A stretch of 64,000 nucleotides of DNA from a virus, in the IMG/VR virus record IMGVR_UViG_3300047444_000783, positions 32,001 through 96,000 of that record, one strand, 5' to 3'. A program made the translations under genes and the position numbers. The notes under the pieces were generated by a model. It saw only the letters and a list, made by a program, of their open reading frames with translations, was not told where the DNA came from and did not search any database. How positions within the stretch are numbered: the first letter of the stretch is position 1; each line of letters opens with the position of its first letter. Below, in pieces: positions 38,069 to 45,552 of the stretch.

Positions 38069-38950
38069 TTAAAATTTGCCCTCGTTGACAAGTTCCTGGC
38101 CGGCCGCAGCCGCCGCTTCCTGCCACGTGGCGTATCCTTTGTCACCCGTGCCGCCGCTCGTGCGGTTGCGCTCCTGCTCCAGCCGTAACTCGAGCGGTCC
38201 GCGTCCTGGCGCTCCTGGACCACCCGGTCCGCCGCCGCCTGGCACGTTCTGATTCGTGTTGTGCTTTTCAGCCCATTCCTTTTCCCACTGAGCGCGCTCG
38301 AGTTTCTTGAGTTCGTCCGCGTTCTTGGCCGTGTAGGCTTCGGATAGATCGAGGTTCTTACCGAGAGCCGCCTGATCGTTCGTGAACTTGATCAACTCGG
38401 TGATCTCGGCCTTCGTCATGCGCTTGCCGAACTTCTCGATGTGGCTGGCCTGGATTTCGTTGATCGTCAGGATCTGGTCGCCGATAAATCCAATCCCGTC
38501 CTGCCATTTCTTATTCAACTCGTCTGGCGTCACGACGCTCTTCAGCCGCTCCTGGAGACCAGTGATGCCGGCGCTGAGTTTCGCGATTTCCTTGGATACC
38601 GCATCCTCTTCAGCGGGCGTCCGCTCGCCACCGCGGCCCGATCCGCCAGCGGCTTCGAGTTCGGCGATTCGTGCCTGGGCTGCCGTGACCGCGTCATTCG
38701 CCTTCTTGACTTCGTCTTTCCATGCGGTGACAGCGGCATTCGATTTGTCGTAAAAGTCTTTGTTCTTGACGTCCCAATCGGCTTTCTCAGCCTTCAGGGC
38801 ATTCGCCTGGCGGGTGTAATCTTCGCGCGACATCCACAGATTCTGAACATCGGCCGGCGCGTCCTCGAGCGTGGCAATCAGGTTCGCTCGGTACTTCTCG
38901 TCCATCTGCGTCTTTTCAAGCTGCTCTTTGAGTTTCGGATTAATTGGCAT
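38069..38950 (-). CDS. Capsid scaffolding protein (293 aa)
   Basis: EDYTRQ motif, charged coiled coil, Gly/Pro tail; immediately upstream of MCP. Confidence 0.8.
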   Translation of the reverse strand: MPINPKLKEQLEKTQMDEKYRANLIATLEDAPADVQNLWMSREDYTRQANALKAEKADWDVKNKDFYDKSNAAVTAWKDEVKKANDAVTAAQARIAELEAAGGSGRGGERTPAEEDAVSKEIAKLSAGITGLQERLKSVVTPDELNKKWQDGIGFIGDQILTINEIQASHIEKFGKRMTKAEITELIKFTNDQAALGKNLDLSEAYTAKNADELKKLERAQWEKEWAEKHNTNQNVPGGGGPGGPGAPGRGPLELRLEQERNRTSGGTGDKGYATWQEAAAAAGQELVNEGKF

Positions 38951-39015
38951 GGTCCCTCGCTTCCGGATCCTTCGCGGCCATCTCTGGCTAAGCGCTACGG
39001 ACTAACGGCTACGCG

Positions 39016-39065
39016 TTTAATAAATTAAATTAACGTTTGACCGTCGTAAGGGAGGGTGTTAGGCT
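39016..39065 (+). promoter_or_regulatory. sigma70-type promoter for a + strand small RNA
   Basis: AT-rich UP tract, TTGACC (39037-39042), 17 nt, TG-n-TAGGCT (39060-39065). Confidence 0.65.
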
Positions 39066-39070
39066 GGGGT

Positions 39071-39154
39071 TCTACTATCGTTCCCTGGCCGATCGCTCCC
39101 ACGCGGTCGCCACTGAAAGCGGTCGGCCCGGCAAGGTCGGCCGCTTTTCTTTCT
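39071..39154 (+). ncRNA. Candidate ~85-nt small regulatory RNA
   Basis: Bounded by a promoter and an intrinsic terminator; internal hairpin CGATCGC-TCCCAC-GCGGTCG; no ORF with an RBS. Confidence 0.55.
39116..39154 (+). terminator. Intrinsic terminator (+ strand)
   Basis: GCGGTCGGCC-CGGCAA-GGTCGGCCGC followed by TTTTCTTT. Confidence 0.75.
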
Positions 39155-39177
39155 ACAACTTTAGGCTAATCGGTCTG

Positions 39178-39372
39178 TCAAGAGCGGTTCCAAATCTCTG
39201 TCAAATCCTGCTTGACGCTCAGGTATGTGGGTGTGATTTTGAGGCGTTGGAGTTGCGTGAACGACAGGATGTACGAGCCGTTCCCGACGATGATGCTCGT
39301 CAGACCGCCGGATGACGAGTTCGGGGTCGTGTCACCGAAATAGGTCTGACCGAAATAGAAGGCGCCGAACAT
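39178..39372 (-). CDS. Small protein with FG-repeat N-terminus (64 aa)
   Basis: MFGAFYFGQTYFG start; directly abuts the GT stop. Confidence 0.6.
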   Translation of the reverse strand: MFGAFYFGQTYFGDTTPNSSSGGLTSIIVGNGSYILSFTQLQRLKITPTYLSVKQDLTEIWNRS

Positions 39373-40101
39373 TTACATACACTCCGATGGGCACTCTCTG
39401 TGGGCGCGCCACTCATCCGCGTACGGCGCGTCCTCATATCCAATGACGTCCGGCACCCCTTCGGTGTAGTGGACGATCGCCGGGTCGAGATCGGGCGACG
39501 AATGGCCGGCCAGCCAGTTCCACTCCTCCGGCAGCCGTCCGATCTGGCTGTCATCCAACCAGCAGAACCGATGGAGGTCGCGGCCTGGCAGACTGTTCAG
39601 CGCCGTCAGCGTCAGCTTCTGGTGCGCCGGATGCTCGAGATTCCAGAGCATCACCGAACTCCAGTTCTTACGCGCGTACGGCAGTTGAGGGTCTCCGTCC
39701 TTCTTCGTAGGCGTCTGCGGTGTGTAATCGTGCTGGACTACCATCACCGCGTACTGTGGATGCGCCAGTTTGACCAACTCCGCAATCCCGCGACGGAAGA
39801 GCACGTCACCATCGGTAAAGAGCGCCCAGCCCTTGGCCGGCAGCATCTGTGGTATGAAAAACCGTGCGATCGCATGGTCGGTCGACATCGGCGCATCCGA
39901 TACGACATCCCAGAGGCGGCCGGACCGTAAAGCCTCGGCCTGCCGCATGACCGTCCGGCGCCAATAAAGGCTTGGGATCATCCGGTAGTAAAGCGGCTGC
40001 ACGTCGACCGGCAGTTGCGTGGTGTACAGCAGCGAGTCCTTCGCAACCCTCCAGGCTTCCCGCTCGTGCGCGCTGTATCCGATAAAGACCGGGAAACTCA
40101 T
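39373..40101 (-). CDS. GT-A (GT8-like) glycosyltransferase (242 aa)
   Basis: VFIGY...E, GWALFTDGD, YAVMVVQHDY, RKNWSSVML, LPEEWNWL, HYTEG.P. Confidence 0.88.
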   Translation of the reverse strand: MSFPVFIGYSAHEREAWRVAKDSLLYTTQLPVDVQPLYYRMIPSLYWRRTVMRQAEALRSGRLWDVVSDAPMSTDHAIARFFIPQMLPAKGWALFTDGDVLFRRGIAELVKLAHPQYAVMVVQHDYTPQTPTKKDGDPQLPYARKNWSSVMLWNLEHPAHQKLTLTALNSLPGRDLHRFCWLDDSQIGRLPEEWNWLAGHSSPDLDPAIVHYTEGVPDVIGYEDAPYADEWRAHRECPSECM

Positions 40102-40241
40102 TCCGTCGGCTTGGCTTTGAGTGCCGCCCGGGCTGCCTTTAATTCGCCGAGATGACCTGTCTTAGCCAGGATGTCCGATCGAAGCGCATTGATCAGGTCG
40201 TTCAATTTTGCGAGTTCAGCCTGCTTTTCGTCTGCTGTCAT
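40098..40241 (-). CDS. Small coiled-coil protein (47 aa)
   Basis: SD AAGGAG before ATG 40241 (MTADEKQAEL...). Confidence 0.55.
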   Translation of the reverse strand: MTADEKQAELAKLNDLINALRSDILAKTGHLGELKAARAALKAKPTE

Positions 40242-41595
40242 GCTTGTTCTCCTTCTTTGACTTTGGTGCGACAACGACATAAAGTTCGGCGCCGCGGGCG
40301 ATAATCTGTCCAATCTTGAAAAACTTCTCGAGTTTCTTCCGCCACCAGGCCGCGCCCTTCTGGATCAGGTGCGTATTCCGGCCGTCCGGCAGTGTCTTGG
40401 CCGCCGGTCCGGTATTGATGGTGAAGAATCCCAACTGCCGCACGCAGCGACACAGATCGTCGAGTACGTAGAATAGTTTGTCAGGTTCGACGTGCTCAAG
40501 GACGTCCGTACAAATAACGAGGTCTGCCGATCTGGGCGACTCCTGCTTTCCCGGGATCCCTGGATCGTATTCATAGATGGGAAAGGCTAGCGCCTTCTGC
40601 AGTTGCGACTTCCCGCATCCGTAGTCCAGGACCGAGACCGGCCGGTCACTCTTCTTGGCCAACAGTCCGACCAGTTTCTGTACGGTCTCGGCATGCTTCC
40701 CACCGCCTACCCCGTACGCCAGGTTGTCCCGATGGAGTTGCGCGTTCAATTCTGCGTATTCCGCCGAAATCAATTCTGGCTTGGCGAACCCGATAACCGC
40801 CGGTGTGGCCGGTGCTCCGGACTTCTGCTGGTAATCCTTGGCCATCGCCTGGACGAGGCCTTCACCATAGAACGTCGCCTTAACATCTGGCATCTGATCC
40901 AACTCGTGCCAGGTCTCCTGCGCGCAGTGCATCACCGAAGAATTTGTGAAATATTCCTTCCCTTTGTACTCCGTGATGGCCCAGTTCCTAGGTTGATTAG
41001 GATGAGCGGCGGCATGATTGCCAACGTCTTTGCGGAAACAGCCGTCCATGCCAAAGATATGAAGTTCAGTGAATCCCATAAAGCGGGCGATCGTAAGCGC
41101 CCTCAGCCCAACACTCGAACCGCCTGTGAGCGCCCACTCGCCAGCCGGCAGCACCCGATGCACGTCCTCGTGTGGCGAGAATACGTGCCACAGTTTGACA
41201 TTGGCGCCGTGCTCCATAAGGTGTTCGATGTATTTGGGATGGCACGTCGAGGACGGCAGGTATTCGACCTCGGCATGTGGAAGCCCAAGCAATTCAACTT
41301 TATGATCGCGCGGATCTACTTCGACATGCCAACTTGGGACGATCCCGCGCTCGAGTAAGAACTTGTGAGCGCCCGAACAGGAGATGATGAACGGGAAGCC
41401 CCGGACCTGTTCCCAGGTCTCGTTGAGAGATGGCCCGTAACAGACGATAGCTACAGGGTCCTGGCGCTTGTCGTAATTCGGCTGGATACGTCCAGGCACT
41501 CGCGCGGAATTAACGCGCACCTGTTCATCGCGTAGCCAGAGAGGTACCGCGTATTGGACGTCCTGCTTTTCGTTGATATCGAGTCGCTTGCTCAT
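40216..41595 (-). CDS. Maf/DUF115 (MptE-like) glycosyltransferase - SAM methyltransferase fusion (459 aa)
   Basis: N-term VAIVCYGPSL...GIVPSWHVEVDP...GGSSVG..AL..A..MGF..LHIFGMD; C-term SVLDYGCGK, DLVICTDVLEHV. Confidence 0.82.
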   Translation of the reverse strand: MSKRLDINEKQDVQYAVPLWLRDEQVRVNSARVPGRIQPNYDKRQDPVAIVCYGPSLNETWEQVRGFPFIISCSGAHKFLLERGIVPSWHVEVDPRDHKVELLGLPHAEVEYLPSSTCHPKYIEHLMEHGANVKLWHVFSPHEDVHRVLPAGEWALTGGSSVGLRALTIARFMGFTELHIFGMDGCFRKDVGNHAAAHPNQPRNWAITEYKGKEYFTNSSVMHCAQETWHELDQMPDVKATFYGEGLVQAMAKDYQQKSGAPATPAVIGFAKPELISAEYAELNAQLHRDNLAYGVGGGKHAETVQKLVGLLAKKSDRPVSVLDYGCGKSQLQKALAFPIYEYDPGIPGKQESPRSADLVICTDVLEHVEPDKLFYVLDDLCRCVRQLGFFTINTGPAAKTLPDGRNTHLIQKGAAWWRKKLEKFFKIGQIIARGAELYVVVAPKSKKENKHDSRRKAG

Positions 41596-42644
41596 GCGTT
41601 GAATACTCCAGGCCGCGCTGCCATTTTTTGTGGCGTGAAAGACGCCGGGACCAGTGTGCCTTTCGTCCAGAAGTTGCCCAAGTTTACCTGATTATTGTAT
41701 TCCGTCGTAATCCAACTTGCCGATCTGGCGATGTTTGATAAATGGACTTCGTCGATCAGCCCGTTCCATTCACGGCCCGCTGTCCCAGGATCACGCCCGA
41801 TCGTGGTGATGACCGTGCCTGAAACGATGGTCCCGTTTGCTGCGAACGTGCCGTCCGAGGCCGAATTTACATATACCACCAGTCCGGACACGCTGTCGTA
41901 GGTCATGGCGATATGAGTCAAAGTTCCCGTACTCACCGTGTGGCTGCCTGGATCAACAAGCACCGTCCCGGAATTCAGCGTCGTATTGACATAGCACGCC
42001 ATCTTACCCGTGCTCTTGACATGGAGGGCGGCGAAAATAGTATTCGCGGCGTCTTGACTGGTGAGCGGCGTATTGTAAGTAGCACTGAGCGTCGTGGGGT
42101 TAATCCAGCCACTCATCGTGATCGCGGCCGGCTGCGACACGGCAGTCTTATCCATGTATTGAGTGCTGGCGCTGGCAAAACTACCGGCATTACCGATCTG
42201 GCCGGATGCTGATGATGACACGCTATTGTGATTCGTCAGGGTGTTGCCGCCCTGTGATGCGTCGGTACCGGTCGATGGGTCGTGGTATACGCCGTAAAAA
42301 TTAGAATCCCAGACCGACGTGCTGCTGCCGTCTGTGGACACTGCGTTGTCGCCGACAGCCATGTAGACAGTAACTCCGTCCTGGGCCGTCGGCAGAAGAA
42401 CCCACATTTCAAAAGCGCCGGTCGCCGCGCTGTACGAAACCAGTTGGAAGGTGAGTGCAACAGTTAGGCCGGAATCTGCGTAAGGACGGATATCAAATCC
42501 GTCAGTGCGCGCTTTTCCGCCGTTCGCCACAGAGGCGAAATCGGCATCGCCAGCCAGGAAGGGGACCAGCGCCGGGAAATTGGTTTGAGCAGTCCCCGCC
42601 TGGCCTGTCTGGATCCGCACGCCCTTGTAGAAACCGAATGCCAT
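41592..42644 (-). CDS. DUF2341 + LamG/ConA-like lectin-domain protein (350 aa)
   Basis: TNFPALV, DGFDIR, VWDSNFYGVYH, TMSGWI, HIAMTYD, NGLIDEV....ARSASWI..EYNNQ. Confidence 0.85.
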   Translation of the reverse strand: MAFGFYKGVRIQTGQAGTAQTNFPALVPFLAGDADFASVANGGKARTDGFDIRPYADSGLTVALTFQLVSYSAATGAFEMWVLLPTAQDGVTVYMAVGDNAVSTDGSSTSVWDSNFYGVYHDPSTGTDASQGGNTLTNHNSVSSSASGQIGNAGSFASASTQYMDKTAVSQPAAITMSGWINPTTLSATYNTPLTSQDAANTIFAALHVKSTGKMACYVNTTLNSGTVLVDPGSHTVSTGTLTHIAMTYDSVSGLVVYVNSASDGTFAANGTIVSGTVITTIGRDPGTAGREWNGLIDEVHLSNIARSASWITTEYNNQVNLGNFWTKGTLVPASFTPQKMAARPGVFNA

Positions 42645-42648
42645 GAGG

Positions 42649-45051
42649 CTACCCGATGCGGAATAGCCGCATGTAACTGCCGCGCTGGATCACCATTGCC
42701 GCGGTCGTCGTGCTGGCCGCCGCCTGCAATTGGACAACCCCGTTCGTCGAGACGACGAATATACCCTCGTATGTCGCGAAAGTACTCAAGTACGTTACGG
42801 ACGCCGGCGCGTTCGACAGGGTCGTCGAACCGGAAGCGGAATCGCCCTTCCATGGTGCGAATACGCCGACGGCCGAGATCGTTGGAGCCGCCGCGGCTGC
42901 GCTCGTCGGCATGAAGATGTAGCCGCGGGTCTGCGCCATCGCCGGGAACGTCAGCCCGAACTTCGTCGGCGCCGAGGTCGTTCCGCGGTTGAACATGATA
43001 AGCGCTTCAATGCGGTATATCTTAGCGGCGTCCACCGAAAGACTCATCCCGCTGATATTCGTCAGTCCTGTCGCGGATATCGTCTGCACCGTGCTCACAA
43101 TCACCGTCCGGACCGTGTCCAGGACGGAAACCGTCTGCGAGATGACAGATACGGCCTGCGACAGGACGGACACCGCCTGCGACAAAACGGACACCTGCTG
43201 CGAGAGGACCGACACAGCCTGGCTTACGATCGATGCCGCATTTGACGCGGCATTAGCGACGGACAGCGCGTTTGAAGCCGCCGTCGAGACAACCGAGACC
43301 GCCTGACTGACGATCGAAGCGGCATTCGATGCGGCATTCGCTACCGACAGCGCATTCGACGCGGCCGTAGAGACGATGGAAACGGCCTGCGACACGATCG
43401 ACGCCGCATTTGACGCCGCGTTCGCTACCGACAGCGCATTTGACGCGGCCGTCGAGACGATCGATACTCCCTGCGAAAGCACTGAGATCTGCTGGGAATG
43501 AAGAGAAAGCGCCTGCGATATGATGCTGATCGCATTCGATGTGACGGTCGCGCTCCCGCTGCCGCCAGTTGCATCGGCAGCCCACGCCCAATCGTAGTCC
43601 GTATTCGTATTCTTCTTGAGGACCTGGCCTGTCAGCCCTCCGGCTAACGTGCTCATCCGCTGGCTGAGAACCGAGTGGGCCTGAGATAAGACCGAAACCT
43701 GCTGCGAGAGAACGGATACTTGCTGGGAGATAATCGAAGCTGCGTTGCTGACGACGTTGATCGCGGATCCACGATTCGAGATCTCATTCGACAGGGCGTT
43801 CGATACGATCGAAGCGGCATTCGATGCGGCATTCGCCACAGATAGTGCGTTCGAGGCTGCATTTGATACGATCGACGCGGCGTTCGACGCGGCGTTGGCG
43901 ACGGATAGCGCGTTTGAGGCCGCTGTCGATACGATGGAAACAGCGTTCGATACGACGTTGATCGCGGATCCGCGGTTCGAGATCTCATTCGACACGGTCT
44001 GCGAGAGAACGGAGTGGGCCTGCGAGAGGACCGAATGCGCCTGCGATAAGACCGATACCTGCTGAGACAGGATCGAGATGGCGTTGGACAGCGCGTTGGC
44101 TATCGAAATCCGATTGGACGTCTCATTCGACAGTGCGTTCGAAACGATCGATGCAGCGTTGGATGCAGCATTCGCGACCGACAGGGCATTCGAGGCCGCT
44201 GTGGATACGATGGAAACTGCTTGGCTGACGATCGATGCCGCGTTTGATGCGGCATTCGCCACTGACAGCGCGTTTGAGGCGGCCGTCGAAACGATCGAAA
44301 CCGCCTGACTGACGATCGATACGGCGTTTGAAATGACGTTGTCCGCCGAGACTCGATTAGATATCTCATTGGAAACCGCTTGCGAGATCAGCGAGACCTG
44401 CTGGGAGATCACCGAAATCGCGTTCGAGAGGACGTTGTCGGCAGATATCCTATTCGAGGTCTCGTTCGACAGGGCATTGGATACGACAGAAACGCCCTGC
44501 GACAGCACGGAGACAGCCTGGGATAGGATAGACACGGCATTCGAAAGCGTGTCGGCCTGGGCGATCCTGGCGGCCGTTTCGACCGACAGCGCCTGGCTGA
44601 CGACAGAAACCCCCTGGCTGATCGTGTTGTCGGCCGCGACCCGAGCAGCCGTCTCTACAGATAAGGCCTGCGATACGATGCTGACACCCTGCGAGAGGAC
44701 GTTGTCGGCCGCCGCTCGAACGCTGAGTTCGTTCGAAATCGCATCCTCGACGTCCGTGAGGACCTTGGCGGTTATCGAGTTATCGATGACGTCGCCGACC
44801 AGGATCGTGCGGGCGAACGTGCCTTCCTGCGCGCGGATGATCGTGAATATACCGCCAGACGTATCGGTAACCCGAACGATCTCGCTATTGGCCTTCGTCG
44901 GTGCCGTGTTGGCTGGAGCGATCGTACAGTTAAACGGGGCAGCCGGGAAGCTGGTCGGGTCGACAGGCGTGAGCGTTGTCCCGCTCGAGGCCGGCGACGG
45001 AGCCGTCCCTACAGTGCTTTGCCCTAAATTCGCATGATTGTCGAACGACAT
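42649..45051 (-). CDS. Serine-rich coiled-coil fibre protein (800 aa)
   Basis: Fibre anchor EIVRVT...TIIRAQEGT; ~500 aa of Ser-periodic repeats; GGLTGQVLKKNTNTDYD knob; beta-sandwich tip. Confidence 0.8.
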   Translation of the reverse strand: MSFDNHANLGQSTVGTAPSPASSGTTLTPVDPTSFPAAPFNCTIAPANTAPTKANSEIVRVTDTSGGIFTIIRAQEGTFARTILVGDVIDNSITAKVLTDVEDAISNELSVRAAADNVLSQGVSIVSQALSVETAARVAADNTISQGVSVVSQALSVETAARIAQADTLSNAVSILSQAVSVLSQGVSVVSNALSNETSNRISADNVLSNAISVISQQVSLISQAVSNEISNRVSADNVISNAVSIVSQAVSIVSTAASNALSVANAASNAASIVSQAVSIVSTAASNALSVANAASNAASIVSNALSNETSNRISIANALSNAISILSQQVSVLSQAHSVLSQAHSVLSQTVSNEISNRGSAINVVSNAVSIVSTAASNALSVANAASNAASIVSNAASNALSVANAASNAASIVSNALSNEISNRGSAINVVSNAASIISQQVSVLSQQVSVLSQAHSVLSQRMSTLAGGLTGQVLKKNTNTDYDWAWAADATGGSGSATVTSNAISIISQALSLHSQQISVLSQGVSIVSTAASNALSVANAASNAASIVSQAVSIVSTAASNALSVANAASNAASIVSQAVSVVSTAASNALSVANAASNAASIVSQAVSVLSQQVSVLSQAVSVLSQAVSVISQTVSVLDTVRTVIVSTVQTISATGLTNISGMSLSVDAAKIYRIEALIMFNRGTTSAPTKFGLTFPAMAQTRGYIFMPTSAAAAAPTISAVGVFAPWKGDSASGSTTLSNAPASVTYLSTFATYEGIFVVSTNGVVQLQAAASTTTAAMVIQRGSYMRLFRIG
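43100..44740 (-). repeat. Degenerate 7/11-residue coding repeats (SQAVSIV, SNALSVANAAS, SNExSNRxSA)
   Basis: Visible in both translation and DNA; boundaries approximate. Confidence 0.85.
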
Positions 45052-45552
45052 CTACGCGTGCACCTTTATTAACCCGTTTGTCTGGTCGAAGGAAATCGCG
45101 AAAGACTGGCCGTTTCCTATACTTACGCTAGCACCGCAGTCAATCCAGGAGATGAGCGGTCCGGCCGTCGGAGTCGAGTTGTAGACCACGAGATATCGGA
45201 ACGGTCCGACCGTCCCTCCCGAGGCGGTGAGCGAGATCGGCGCGAGGACCAATCGATACAGCCCGTTGGACTGTTTGGACGAAACGACAGTCAGCAGCCT
45301 CGAGGAACAATTGACGTACGAAATCTCTGAGATGTCAGACAGGACCGCATTCGTGTTGACCGGCGACGTGGCAGTTAGGGCAAACTTCAGAGCGTCGGCC
45401 GCGAGGTCGTGCACCTTGTTCGCCAGATCCGCCACAAACTGGTTGAACGCGTTGTACTTCCCAACCGGAGGACCGGGAGTCGTACCGCTCGATGGTATGT
45501 ATCCCCCGGGGAAATACCCCCCGGGGAATCCTGGGAGATGGCTTCTCGACAT
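45052..45552 (-). CDS. Fibre-associated structural protein, paralog of 52729-53148 (166 aa)
   Basis: FNQFVADLANKVHDL...LKFALT...GPFRYLVVYN..T...LI.WID.G; TAATG coupling. Confidence 0.75.
   Translation of the reverse strand: MSRSHLPGFPGGYFPGGYIPSSGTTPGPPVGKYNAFNQFVADLANKVHDLAADALKFALTATSPVNTNAVLSDISEISYVNCSSRLLTVVSSKQSNGLYRLVLAPISLTASGGTVGPFRYLVVYNSTPTAGPLISWIDCGASVSIGNGQSFAISFDQTNGLIKVHA

Noticed and set aside
39037-39315. + strand 92-aa ORF
   Set aside because: It starts inside the -35 box, has no RBS and runs through a strong terminator.
42649-45051. 800-aa repeat protein as a tape measure
   Set aside because: It has fibre anchor, knob and tip motifs; no tail tube or chaperone genes are present; the architecture is podoviral.
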